Below, one piece after another: positions 17,227-27,370 of a DNA stretch of 64,000 bases. The position numbers and the translations under genes are program-made. The notes beneath the pieces are model-generated. The model was given only the letters and a program-made list of their open reading frames with translations, did not search any database and had not been told where the DNA came from. Source of the stretch: a virus (lineage: Duplodnaviria; Caudoviricetes); the IMG/VR virus record IMGVR_UViG_3300010163_000003, positions 64,001-128,000 of that record; one strand, 5' to 3'. The first letter of the stretch is position 1; every line of letters starts with the position of its first letter.

Positions 17227-17815
17227 AAGAATCTCCTCCTGAGTAGGAACAATTATTTTTTATTTCATTCAAATACTGTCTAGCTACTGGCAAGTTATCC
17301 CTGAATGAACCAAAATTGAATTCAATGTGTTCGCTATGATATAAGCGACCAACATGTTCAATCATAAATAATACAATATCGACACCATATTCGGCTATGT
17401 AACTATTCAAGAAACCCTGAACTCTTTTAGGAAACCATACGCTTCTATCTGCACCAGTCTTGTTATAAAAGAATTCAGCTAACTCTTGTATAGTATAGCT
17501 GGCTCTTGGCTCTATCCAATATTCATTGGTACTGCTAGTTATGGCTCCAGTATCTACATCATGATGTACTGGATTTAAGCTGCTCATTATATTCAATTCC
17601 CTATGATAGTATCGACACCCAGACTTAATGATATTTTTATTTATATTTTTAATGAACCTGTTCCACGTAAAAGACGTGTGATGATGGAATGAGTACATGA
17701 TACAATTACGAATGTCATCGTATGTATAACCTCTATCCAATATACCATTAAATTGAGACACGATACTATCATAAGTAGAATTGTCTTTTAGTAACATCAT
17801 ATATGTAGCAGCCAA
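17195..17815 (-). CDS. Hypothetical protein in the replication operon
   Basis: Operon packing; start codon uncertain. Confidence 0.6.
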   Translation of the reverse strand: MAATYMMLLKDNSTYDSIVSQFNGILDRGYTYDDIRNCIMYSFHHHTSFTWNRFIKNINKNIIKSGCRYYHRELNIMSSLNPVHHDVDTGAITSSTNEYWIEPRASYTIQELAEFFYNKTGADRSVWFPKRVQGFLNSYIAEYGVDIVLFMIEHVGRLYHSEHIEFNFGSFRDNLPVARQYLNEIKNNCSYSGGDSYVLRKRVLSV

Positions 17816-17838
17816 GTCATATACGGAACCGTTCTTAA

Positions 17839-18633
17839 CTAGCTGCCCGTTTTTCCCAGGCGTTCAGCCCAAGCCAAGAAGTCTTCAATGTTTTCAGGAG
17901 TGATTTGCATTTTGCTTACGAAGTTTGGATTCCACATGTGTACATAGTTTCCAAACATCTCACTGTTGATAATCTCTTGATCCTTCTTGAACTGATTCAT
18001 TCTGTCTATTTGATGCTGTGTAAAGCCATTTAATTTGGCCTGTGGTGTATCGTAATCAGAAGTAACATTAGTATTAGGGTTAGATTGTGAAGGCTGTTGT
18101 GGCGTATCCTGAGCTGGTTGTTGAGCATCTTTTGGTGCATTAGGATCATTAGGCCCAAAGTAAAATGGAATGTCTGGTTCTACTGGGAATTTGCTAGCAT
18201 CTACCTTATATGTAGAAGCTGGCTTCTTTTCTGTACCATTTACAGCATTCATAATCTGTTCTGGTGTCATACCAGCGGGAGTTTCTTTTACTTGATGTGA
18301 AAGATTTTTGTCATCACTACGCAAAATAGTATTCCCACTGCCATTATCAAGCATCCTGTAAGCACTGAGAAGAGCATGTAAATGGCTTTCTCCGCAATTA
18401 TTGGCATTACAAGCGTACCTCCCTGTAAGTACTCGTCCAAAGACATACAATGTAACGGTGGTAGCTATCATTGTACCATCCATAAGGACTACCTCGTTTG
18501 ATACTTCCCATGTCCAATCGTTACCAAAAATGTGGTTAAGAGTATCAATTATGTGTGAGCTGTCGGTTTTTTCGTACTTATAAGCACTCATTTGGTGGCT
18601 CATGAAATGCTTAACAAGTTCTGGATTACTCAT
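17839..18633 (-). CDS. Rad52/Sak-family single-strand annealing protein
   Basis: Y...SHIIDTLNHIFG.DWTWEV; Q/P-rich linker. SD AAAGGAG places the start at 18633 (MSNPEL). Confidence 0.7.
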   Translation of the reverse strand: MSNPELVKHFMSHQMSAYKYEKTDSSHIIDTLNHIFGNDWTWEVSNEVVLMDGTMIATTVTLYVFGRVLTGRYACNANNCGESHLHALLSAYRMLDNGSGNTILRSDDKNLSHQVKETPAGMTPEQIMNAVNGTEKKPASTYKVDASKFPVEPDIPFYFGPNDPNAPKDAQQPAQDTPQQPSQSNPNTNVTSDYDTPQAKLNGFTQHQIDRMNQFKKDQEIINSEMFGNYVHMWNPNFVSKMQITPENIEDFLAWAERLGKTGS

Positions 18634-18663
18634 AGTTATTCTCCTTTCTGAGAAGGTACTTCT

Positions 18664-18692
18664 ATCATACAACTTAAAAACCTGAATGTCAA
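18664..18692 (-). promoter_or_regulatory. Strong sigma-A-type promoter for the sak/replication operon
   Basis: TTGACA-17 nt-TATGAT. Confidence 0.75.
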
Positions 18693-18697
18693 TACCT

Positions 18698-18733
18698 AAA
18701 ATGAAAAGAGTCCAGAAAAAATATCTGGACTCT
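18698..18733 (-). terminator. Rho-independent terminator
   Basis: AGAGTCCAGA-7 nt-TCTGGACTCT followed by TTTCATTTT on the minus strand. Confidence 0.8.
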
Positions 18734-18782
18734 AGCCACCACCTATTGAGTAATCCCATGGATATGGAACCATTCAGCTCAC
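18700..18782 (-). ncRNA. Candidate small RNA (or 13-aa peptide MVPYPWDYSIGGG, 18732..18773)
   Basis: Lies between a promoter (18788-18816) and a terminator, with no protein-sized ORF. Confidence 0.35.
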
Positions 18783-18787
18783 ATACT

Positions 18788-18816
18788 ATTATATGCTGTC
18801 AGAAGAAGAATTGCAA
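18788..18816 (-). promoter_or_regulatory. Sigma-A-type promoter
   Basis: TTGCAA-17 nt-TATAAT. Confidence 0.6.
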
Positions 18817-18824
18817 GCATAAAT

Positions 18825-20093
18825 TTATGATAATTTATATTTTACTCTAGCGCCATATATATTAGGAGTCTCCTGCGTACCATCTATTGTAAACCTTACC
18901 ATCATTTTGTGACCTTGTAGCCTAAATGGACAAGTGTTGACTACTTTATGGGTATTTCCGTCAGAATCATAATAGAAATATTCTTTTGAAATACTATATG
19001 TAGTGTCTTCCAATGTGTTATTATACAATGGCTCAACATTATATATCATAATATTTCTATCAGTCTCTTTAAATGTATATATCATTTCAAAATCGCTATG
19101 GTCACGAGTATAGGTATTATGTGTAATATTTATATTCCGGATGCCAAGATACCATATGCGTCTGTTGTTCTGCAAATCAGGGATTGAGTTAGCTTGTCTC
19201 ACTCGAAGTTTAATACGTATTTGATTTGCTTGTACAGCAGGGAAATTAAATTTAAGATTACTTGCATCTCTTATAGCAGAATAGTATACTGGGTTGCCAA
19301 ACGTATCTTGTATATCACTATATTCTTTGCAGCTATGATGAGCTTGAAAACCAGGAACGAGTTCCCATGCTCCATTAGTTTTATAATATACACCAAGGAC
19401 ATCTACTTGACCTATTGGGAACAAAGATATATCTATTTGATTAATAAGACGTGTAGTGATAATATCTTCAGGAAGACCTATTACAAGCTCATTATCGATA
19501 TAATCTAAATCTATTGTAGAAATAATTTTTCTAAACCATGCATCTGTATTGCTTCCACTAAAAGCATTTAATGGATCTGTATCTTCTATAGTTATCACAC
19601 TAGGATTGTCCTTAAAAGAATCAGGGCCTATATATACTTGTAAGCTGGGAGGAACAAGTATCTCATCATAGGTTTCATCATACAAACACGTTTTACTTAC
19701 AGAGTTAGACACATGAGCTGTTACCGAACTAGAATTGCAATCTACCATAGCAGCAAAATCGTCATTATTAGTTGTAGCGTCATATACATACTCTGTCATG
19801 ATACGAAAATCTAAATCAGGATCTGTCATATTTTGATATTGTTCATGTAATTGAGATACGTTAGCCATTACTTCTTGTAACTTTCTAGCATAGCAATATG
19901 ATTCTATGTCATTCATAAGCTTTAATTCGTATATGCTTTTCTGTATTTGATTTGCTCTATTAAATAAATCTAATATATCATCGAATGATTCCTTTTGCAT
20001 GTTATTTAATTCAGAGCTACTCATAATAGAACGAAATTTAAATTCTCGTTCTTTAATGCTAGGAATATTTCTAGTAGATAATTGATTACTCAT
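18825..20093 (-). CDS. Virion structural protein (paralogous tail/baseplate family)
   Basis: Shared N-terminal S.E(L/Y)N...D(I/L) helix and C-terminal TP.I..Y motif. Confidence 0.65.
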   Translation of the reverse strand: MSNQLSTRNIPSIKEREFKFRSIMSSSELNNMQKESFDDILDLFNRANQIQKSIYELKLMNDIESYCYARKLQEVMANVSQLHEQYQNMTDPDLDFRIMTEYVYDATTNNDDFAAMVDCNSSSVTAHVSNSVSKTCLYDETYDEILVPPSLQVYIGPDSFKDNPSVITIEDTDPLNAFSGSNTDAWFRKIISTIDLDYIDNELVIGLPEDIITTRLINQIDISLFPIGQVDVLGVYYKTNGAWELVPGFQAHHSCKEYSDIQDTFGNPVYYSAIRDASNLKFNFPAVQANQIRIKLRVRQANSIPDLQNNRRIWYLGIRNINITHNTYTRDHSDFEMIYTFKETDRNIMIYNVEPLYNNTLEDTTYSISKEYFYYDSDGNTHKVVNTCPFRLQGHKMMVRFTIDGTQETPNIYGARVKYKLS

Positions 20094-22224
20094 TAGTATC
20101 CCCCTTTGCTGATGAGATATATGCTCCAGTACTAAATCTAGTATCAGTATCCCATAAATTAATGTAGTATCTAGATTTATCTACCGCATTTAATATAGGA
20201 TGTTTAATATTATTAGAATTATTAATGATAGTATCTAATGTTTTAAATTGTTTTTCTAAGTCATTATATATTTTATATAACTCTGTAAGGTTATCAAATA
20301 ACATCTTGTTCATGTCTTGATGTTTCTTTGATTCTGATGGACCTCTATATCTATTGTTTAATCTAGTCGCTTCAGGATATTTATTTTTTATTTGTATTTC
20401 ATTAAAATTACTTTCTGTAGTATCTTCAGGGGCTATACCAGTTATTAAACATGTAGTCTGCTTACGAACACCATTGCGTTCAGAATATGAAACTGTAATA
20501 GTATTAATACCTACATGTTCTATCTTATTTGCATTTGTTACAAAGTTCTTAACTATAGATACAGTGCCATCACTGTAATAAGCTTTTACGGTCATGTATG
20601 CTGTACTAAAAGATTTACCGACTACTATGTCTGGACCGAAATACTCAGCAGTAATTTCAGTTAATTGCACATCTGGAACAATGCCTATAACAGGCATTTT
20701 AGTTGTTAAATCTCCTTTTTCTCCAAAGGATTTTTTAACTAGTATATAATTAATGCCTTCATGGTCTACAGTAACAGGTAAGAAACTACATTCTTTATAG
20801 TCAACATCTTCATATATACTATCACTAGTAGTAGTGCTTGTATAATATATTTTTATTCTACATTTATCTTGCAGAAATTCTTTACCCACTTCTACACTGC
20901 CACCAGTATAATATGCAATAAGATTAGCAGGTACTAAATCAAATGCTTTAAGGCCAGCTAAATAACATTCATAGCCTTTATAGTACACACGGAACTTACT
21001 AACATTAGTTGCAGATACAATATCTCCTTCAGGAAAACTATAGTCAGATACAACTTGGCTAGAGCCATCAGAGAAATAAGCAACAACAGTACAATATCTT
21101 CTTTTTATAGATTTACCATAAGCAATATTAGGGCCATCATATATAGCTTCTATACGAATTAATTTCTTAATACCAGGAACATATACTGTAGCAGTAAGTT
21201 CATCACTATCTTCGGTAATATATTTAACAGTAAATGTGTTACTTCCGCTGCTGTGTATTGTTCTATCAACAGGTGTAATAGAATATCCAGTTCCTACTGT
21301 TACTGATGATGGAATGTTAATAGAAATAGAATTGGTAGCATTAGTAGGTAACACACCAGTAGCATATGCATCTGGAAGCATAGATATAGTAATATTAGTT
21401 TGCCTTCTTACTATGCCATTTAATTTTAATTCCAGTTCACGAGCATTTAGAGATTCCAAAGATGCTACGCTAGATATATCAAATTGCTCATCAGTATTTG
21501 GGTTAGAATCGGTAAGGGTAAACCAATCTGTAGTTGGTGTCACAGAAGAACCTGTTTTAAATCCTTTACCTTGTATTCTAAAAACAGGGGAACCTTTTCC
21601 CAAAGTTAAATAATTTGGTTTAAAAGTTATACTTGGAGCGTTGGTAACTGCTGGAATATCTCCTCCATACCATATAATAGCTTCATTACCATCTCTAAAG
21701 TGACCCGTTACTGTAAGATAATTAATATCAAAAGCTTCATCAACAGGCACAGCAGGGCCATTATATGATGCACTAATGCTTACTATGGGTTCAGTTGCTG
21801 TTTGATCTACAAATACTATTAGAGTATGGTCAAATGTACTTGCCTCTCCATCAGCATAAAACACGACAGAGCTTTCTGTAAGAGCAAATGGTTCCATATA
21901 ATATTGAGCACTGTTATTATTTACAGCAGTTTGTACTGTCTTATCTAATTTATTAATATCTGCTACAAATCCATTGTAATCTCTATCTACTTCAAATAAA
22001 TTACTATAAATAGACTTAAGTTCTCTAAATTTAACTACTTTATATACAACACCATTTATAGGGTCAGTAGGATTATATAGCTTTACTTCAGGTGCAGTGT
22101 AAAATATACGAAAATCAGGATCTTTATTTAAATTAGTAAATACTTGAGGAGCATATTCTTGAGCTATGTCGGTAACGCAACTCCCCTCTAAGATATACCA
22201 GTTCTTGGTGTCTCTATATACCAT
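20086..22224 (-). CDS. Structural protein with ~4 bacterial Ig-like (Big_3-type) repeats
   Basis: Repeated I.A.Y.GP...G..F....TV.AYYSDG. Confidence 0.7.
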   Translation of the reverse strand: MVYRDTKNWYILEGSCVTDIAQEYAPQVFTNLNKDPDFRIFYTAPEVKLYNPTDPINGVVYKVVKFRELKSIYSNLFEVDRDYNGFVADINKLDKTVQTAVNNNSAQYYMEPFALTESSVVFYADGEASTFDHTLIVFVDQTATEPIVSISASYNGPAVPVDEAFDINYLTVTGHFRDGNEAIIWYGGDIPAVTNAPSITFKPNYLTLGKGSPVFRIQGKGFKTGSSVTPTTDWFTLTDSNPNTDEQFDISSVASLESLNARELELKLNGIVRRQTNITISMLPDAYATGVLPTNATNSISINIPSSVTVGTGYSITPVDRTIHSSGSNTFTVKYITEDSDELTATVYVPGIKKLIRIEAIYDGPNIAYGKSIKRRYCTVVAYFSDGSSQVVSDYSFPEGDIVSATNVSKFRVYYKGYECYLAGLKAFDLVPANLIAYYTGGSVEVGKEFLQDKCRIKIYYTSTTTSDSIYEDVDYKECSFLPVTVDHEGINYILVKKSFGEKGDLTTKMPVIGIVPDVQLTEITAEYFGPDIVVGKSFSTAYMTVKAYYSDGTVSIVKNFVTNANKIEHVGINTITVSYSERNGVRKQTTCLITGIAPEDTTESNFNEIQIKNKYPEATRLNNRYRGPSESKKHQDMNKMLFDNLTELYKIYNDLEKQFKTLDTIINNSNNIKHPILNAVDKSRYYINLWDTDTRFSTGAYISSAKGDTNE

Positions 22225-22231
22225 ACTACAC

Positions 22232-24271
22232 CTACTTTCCTGTTAGTCTAAAGTTAATTAATGCAGGAGATACATTTGAGTTATTGCTATGTAAAATAGC
22301 CATGAGCCTAAACTTTAAATGAGCATTAGGGAAATAATTTTTCATATCATCTCTTAAGCATCTAAAAGTTATAAAGTATCCCATGTCTTCCATAAGATTA
22401 GCAACTACATCATCAGCGCTTGGTCTAACGCATACATAGTCATCTTTAATTGTATAGTATTCATATGTTTCTCTAGTAGCAGAAGTTAAAATGGTAGGAT
22501 TAGTATACTTCATTGCAGGCATAGCAAATACATTATCACTAATACATTTAAGATTTACATTATGATATAACATTTTAATAGCGTTTCCTCCAACTGGACA
22601 ATATACACAAAATTGTATCTTATTAGGTCCTTTACGGATTGCAAAAGAGTACTTGTTAGTGTCCACAGCAGTAATTTCGCAACCATTTACAAATACTCTA
22701 ATTTGAGCGTTTGTTACAAATTCAGTTAGATCTTTATCACACACTTTAATAAACTGATTGAGAACGTTAGTGGTTTCATCAGACATGATATATTGAGTAA
22801 ATGTATACAATTCTCCAGTATTAATTTTAAAAGAAGAATAATTTTCGCAATCCATAAACATTTGATATTCATCGCATATATCTATAAAATTAGTAAAATC
22901 GTCAACTTCTAAATTAAAGTCATAATTATCTTGCTGTTTTTTAGGAGCATATCTTTTAACTGACCACATATTATATCCTGGTCGCAATTTAATACTATTT
23001 CTATTAGTGCCTTCTGGTAACTTTATCAATCTAGTAAGGCCATCCGACATTGCTTCCCCGAAGCCCTCTAAGTGATAGTTAAGTATTTTATGACGCTCTT
23101 CAAACATAAATAATTCATGGTCTTTATGATTGTCGATAGAATCCCATCCTATTTTATCTTTTTCATTATCGAAACCAATAAAATAATCTATTCTAGTACC
23201 AGCAAATATCATGTCTTTAGCATCTAATCTAATTGTACTACTAAGGTCAGCAAAATCTATTAGTTTACTTACAAAGATAGCTTTACTTTCATAATTCTCT
23301 AAAGCAATGGATATATTCTTAAGGATAAAATAATATTGATAATAAACTATGCCGCCATCGCTAGATTGTATTCCATCTGGTTCTGACTTTTTACATATAA
23401 TCTTTAAATATCTAACAGTCTTTTTATTGAAATTCCATTCGATAAAACTACTATTAGAAGTGTCATAAACACTTACATAATTCTCTGCATCTTCTGATAA
23501 CCATAGTTCGCATGGTAAATCTTTAGTGGCAGTAAATGAAAAAGATACAGAATTGATAGTAACAAGCTTACCAATGTCAACAATTATAGTAATACTTTTA
23601 GAACCATTTTCCATATTAAGAAATGATGCAATAAAAGTATCATTGAAAGTATCATTTAATACTCCCTTTAAAGAACCTTGAGTTTTTACTGTAGAATTAT
23701 GCCCAATTTCTTGTATAGATATCTTGGCACCATCAAGACTAATTTTATTTACTTTAGTATTTGTTTTATCTATTACTACTTTCTTTTGAAGTAAATCTAC
23801 AAATGCAGAGGTATATGGAATATTGCGATAAGTATCACCATAGAACTCTATGTTATACATATCATCAAATACTTGAACATATTGTTGCACATTACTATTA
23901 CTTTTTAATGCTTCAGATATATTTTCAATACGAAGATGAAGCTTACTAAGAGCAGCCCAAACTTTATCTTTTTCTAGATCATAATATTCCTGCATTGCTA
24001 CAGCTTTATTGTTTGCTTCTACATTAGCCTCATAAGCAGTTTCAATGTCTTCCTTGAAAGTTTGAAAATTATGATTATAATCATCTTTGCTTGACTCTTC
24101 ATAAGGTTTTTGCTTTATAGGAGAGTAATATGGCATGCCTAATGTATGTTGATTGAAATAATCTATAAGTAGTCTATTCAATTCAAAGTTATTAGGCTCT
24201 ATACCTTTTTGTAAAAGCTCTTGTGCTATTTCATTTTTCTTTCTTTCGTATTGTATAGAACTAATACTCAA
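22232..24271 (-). CDS. Virion structural protein (paralogous family)
   Basis: SSKDDYN...DIE; C-terminal SPALINFRL. Confidence 0.65.
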   Translation of the reverse strand: MSISSIQYERKKNEIAQELLQKGIEPNNFELNRLLIDYFNQHTLGMPYYSPIKQKPYEESSKDDYNHNFQTFKEDIETAYEANVEANNKAVAMQEYYDLEKDKVWAALSKLHLRIENISEALKSNSNVQQYVQVFDDMYNIEFYGDTYRNIPYTSAFVDLLQKKVVIDKTNTKVNKISLDGAKISIQEIGHNSTVKTQGSLKGVLNDTFNDTFIASFLNMENGSKSITIIVDIGKLVTINSVSFSFTATKDLPCELWLSEDAENYVSVYDTSNSSFIEWNFNKKTVRYLKIICKKSEPDGIQSSDGGIVYYQYYFILKNISIALENYESKAIFVSKLIDFADLSSTIRLDAKDMIFAGTRIDYFIGFDNEKDKIGWDSIDNHKDHELFMFEERHKILNYHLEGFGEAMSDGLTRLIKLPEGTNRNSIKLRPGYNMWSVKRYAPKKQQDNYDFNLEVDDFTNFIDICDEYQMFMDCENYSSFKINTGELYTFTQYIMSDETTNVLNQFIKVCDKDLTEFVTNAQIRVFVNGCEITAVDTNKYSFAIRKGPNKIQFCVYCPVGGNAIKMLYHNVNLKCISDNVFAMPAMKYTNPTILTSATRETYEYYTIKDDYVCVRPSADDVVANLMEDMGYFITFRCLRDDMKNYFPNAHLKFRLMAILHSNNSNVSPALINFRLTGK

Positions 24272-26090
24272 TGCTATCGCCTCCTGTAGTAAGCTTTAAC
24301 TTGTAGTAATATACTATGGGGGTAGCATATTCAAGAGGATAATAATTTGGATCTTCATCTTCAGCAGTCTTTGCTTCCAATACCAATGGCTGAGATAAGG
24401 TAACTGGACGTTCCATATATATTTTAATCATGATTTGTTTTGGCTCTCCTACAACCATGATATGTTTACTACGCTTATTTTCTGTAGTAGAAGCAATTAA
24501 ATTATCAATAGAATTATTATTTACATAGTATTTATAAATGCCAGAATACGCTCTATGAATAGGATATATTGGATGCCATGTTACACCATAATCTAAACTA
24601 ATATAGTATTTTAGAATTTCTGGATCGTCTCCAGGGATATATTCTTTTGTTTCCAATACTACGCTAGTTATGGGTTCTTCAGTAGTATATACACAACTTA
24701 CATATTCTCCGCTTCTTGCAAACGTACAACTACGTATACTTATTTCACGTATACCTATCATATATCTATAAGCATCTATCATCTCATGAGATGCTTTTTT
24801 CTCTATTGTACTGGCAGGAGTTTGGAATAAATTATTTTTAATATAATAATCATTGGGATAAGTAGTAGAAGTAGAAGGATATTTAAGCCATTTCGTAGTG
24901 GGTTCATATTTGCATCCTAATAAAGATACAGATGGTTTATCTCCATCTACACGAGCATACATATCAGAATAATCATATTCCTGAAATATAGACATATTAC
25001 TTGTATTAGCTACAGTGTAATAGAAATGACCTACCTTAGTTAAATATTTAGAAGGCTGTAAAAAAGTAATTTCTATACGTTGTACTTTTTGAGGAGGAAA
25101 TGGAAATACTAACGTACCATCAAATGCTATATTGGTAGCTACTTGATAGGCTACATTAGAAGCAGCGATAACTTCACATTTTTCAATGATAGCTGGTTTA
25201 ACACCTTTAATATCTGATAAGTAAGGATTAAGAGTTACCCAAGAACATACTTTTTCTTTAGTAAGCTTGACCACAAGTTTTAATCTTAAGGGGTCATTGT
25301 TATTAATCCAGCTTATTCCCTCATCATATTCAAATCCAAAAGAATTACAGTCGATTCTAATTTGATCTGTAATAGAAAACAGCTCATATTCAAACCATGT
25401 ATCTACATTTTCATCAGCTAGCTCAGTTAGCTTCATATGTAAACCGTTTTGTCCAACAAAATGTAATTCATTGTTCAAAGTATCTACGCAATGAGTATTG
25501 CCAGGAAATCCATTACTAACTGTTTCATCTATTTCAATATATTTAATAGGAGAATTAGCTATAGTCTCATGACGTAATGTTAATATAGAATCATTGGTAT
25601 TTACATAACATGAATTACTTGCAGCGATATTACCAGTGTAATTAATATCGCTGAACATTTCTGTAAAGATAACAGTATTAGTACCTTGATTAACACTAAT
25701 GCTTTCACCTATAGCAGCTATCTTTTTAGATAGATATGCCACTTCATTAGTTAGCATAGTACGCCCAAGTTCTGCATCAATTAAGGACTGTGAGACTAAA
25801 TCCTTCAGAGTCTCACAGTCCTTAATGAGGTATTGCATGTCATTATACGATTCCGTTATCATGGCATTATACTCATCAGATATTGGAGTACTCACTGCTG
25901 GCCTATATTTAAACGTAGGCTTAGTCAGTGAATCATAAAACTCTGATAACATCTTTTTAATACGATAATAGTACTCAGTTTTTGTGCGTATTTTGCCATT
26001 GTTATAATCATATTCTATTTGGGCTAACATGGTACGAAGCTTGTTATCTATACTCTTACTTTTATCAGTATATTGTAACAAGTTTCCCAT
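24261..26090 (-). CDS. Virion structural protein (paralogous family)
   Basis: PISDEYN...NDM; LKYYIS...TW.PI.P; TPIVYYYKLK. Confidence 0.65.
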   Translation of the reverse strand: MGNLLQYTDKSKSIDNKLRTMLAQIEYDYNNGKIRTKTEYYYRIKKMLSEFYDSLTKPTFKYRPAVSTPISDEYNAMITESYNDMQYLIKDCETLKDLVSQSLIDAELGRTMLTNEVAYLSKKIAAIGESISVNQGTNTVIFTEMFSDINYTGNIAASNSCYVNTNDSILTLRHETIANSPIKYIEIDETVSNGFPGNTHCVDTLNNELHFVGQNGLHMKLTELADENVDTWFEYELFSITDQIRIDCNSFGFEYDEGISWINNNDPLRLKLVVKLTKEKVCSWVTLNPYLSDIKGVKPAIIEKCEVIAASNVAYQVATNIAFDGTLVFPFPPQKVQRIEITFLQPSKYLTKVGHFYYTVANTSNMSIFQEYDYSDMYARVDGDKPSVSLLGCKYEPTTKWLKYPSTSTTYPNDYYIKNNLFQTPASTIEKKASHEMIDAYRYMIGIREISIRSCTFARSGEYVSCVYTTEEPITSVVLETKEYIPGDDPEILKYYISLDYGVTWHPIYPIHRAYSGIYKYYVNNNSIDNLIASTTENKRSKHIMVVGEPKQIMIKIYMERPVTLSQPLVLEAKTAEDEDPNYYPLEYATPIVYYYKLKLTTGGDSIEY

Positions 26091-26104
26091 AACAATCCTC
26101 CATG

Positions 26105-26392
26105 TTAATTTAGAGCCTTAATGATTTCGTTACGTAATGTAAATATCTCTGATTCAGGATACATTTGCCGACACATTAAAGACATTGTGATATTACCTGA
26201 GAAATTAAAGTCAGCCATATCGTAGACAGCATCGCCTACATCTTGAGGGTCATTAGATTCTGTCTCACCGTCCATAACTGATTTAGCACATCTCTTTAAA
26301 GAGTCACGGCAATAATTATCAAGATATTCTGAAGTAAGATTATCTATTACTTCATTGACGGCTTTAACCTGTTCATCAGTATATGTTTTCAT
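26105..26392 (-). CDS. Small acidic helical protein D (YTDEQ family)
   Basis: Paralogue of 26402..26728. Confidence 0.75.
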   Translation of the reverse strand: MKTYTDEQVKAVNEVIDNLTSEYLDNYCRDSLKRCAKSVMDGETESNDPQDVGDAVYDMADFNFSGNITMSLMCRQMYPESEIFTLRNEIIKALN

Positions 26393-26401
26393 TATGATTC
26401 A

Positions 26402-26728
26402 TCACCTATTATATACGCATATTGGTGTACCGGTATGTAATTCATTATGAAGAGCATCACATAAAAGATCAAGAACTGCATTAGGTATAGTATTAGGGCA
26501 CCCACCCATTTTATATTCCTTAACGCACATATCATTTTTAATATAATCTCGTAATGTATCTTCTATGAAATCACAATGTTTATTTGCTTGCATTTGTTCA
26601 TGGGTCATATCTTTTAATACTGTACGATATTCTTCATCCATAAATTCTGTAGTATACTTGTCGATTATTTCGGCTGCACGTACTACCTGTTGCTCTGTGT
26701 AGAGCATTTTAGGTTCTGTAAAAGCCAT
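26402..26728 (-). CDS. Small acidic helical protein C (YTEQQ)
   Basis: SD AAAGGAG places the start at 26728 (MAFTEPK). Confidence 0.75.
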   Translation of the reverse strand: MAFTEPKMLYTEQQVVRAAEIIDKYTTEFMDEEYRTVLKDMTHEQMQANKHCDFIEDTLRDYIKNDMCVKEYKMGGCPNTIPNAVLDLLCDALHNELHTGTPICVYNR

Positions 26729-26741
26729 TATAAAAACTCCT

Positions 26742-27065
26742 TTAATCGGTTGACGGAACTGGTTCCTCTTCTGGTGTACCTTCTTCAAGAGCGTCAATAC
26801 GTTTCTTTACTTCTCCTGCCATATACATAGCAACGTTGTGCATAGTATCACCAGTACCAACAAGTCCATAGCCAGTCTGACGCAATGGCAAATCAATGAT
26901 AGAATCATAAGCGTCATTGGCAATCTCTTGAGACGACTTGCCAGCCTTCATACCAGCAATAATAGCGGCGGATGGGAACGTACAATTTTGTACGTCAGTA
27001 AAATGTCCCATCACTTCGTAACCAGCATCACATACTTGCTGGATTTGTTCATCTGTATATGCCAT
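26742..27065 (-). CDS. Small acidic helical protein B (YTDEQ)
   Basis: Paralogue of 27065..27361. Confidence 0.75.
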   Translation of the reverse strand: MAYTDEQIQQVCDAGYEVMGHFTDVQNCTFPSAAIIAGMKAGKSSQEIANDAYDSIIDLPLRQTGYGLVGTGDTMHNVAMYMAGEVKKRIDALEEGTPEEEPVPSTD

Positions 27066-27361
27066 TAATCAATACTCTCCTCTTCCGTATTTAATCCATC
27101 AATAACTTTCCGTACTTCAGCCATGCCATAACGTACTTGGTTATTAGTAAGTGCTTTAGTGTTTACAGTTTGAAGAGGAACAAATTCCTTATCAAACTTA
27201 TCTAAGTAACGAATCATTTCGTCACAAGTTTCAGGCGTTGGATCTTTACAAATTTCATTAGCTGCATGAGTAATTTCCTGAACTGGAATATATCCATGGC
27301 AATACTCATAAAGAGCATCGTGAATCTTTTGCTTATTTTCATCGGATAATGTAGCCATCAT
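27065..27361 (-). CDS. Small acidic helical protein A
   Basis: SD AAGGAGG; paralogue of B. Confidence 0.75.
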   Translation of the reverse strand: MMATLSDENKQKIHDALYEYCHGYIPVQEITHAANEICKDPTPETCDEMIRYLDKFDKEFVPLQTVNTKALTNNQVRYGMAEVRKVIDGLNTEEESID

Positions 27362-27370
27362 ATAACCTCC

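Noticed and set aside
18634-18759. N-terminal extension of the Sak ORF given in the ORF track
   Set aside because: It runs through a terminator and a promoter; a strong SD supports the start at 18633.
18734-18782. preQ1 riboswitch or tRNA-like element (GGTTCCATATCC resembles a T-arm)
   Set aside because: No A-rich preQ1 tail and no cloverleaf or anticodon arm could be built.
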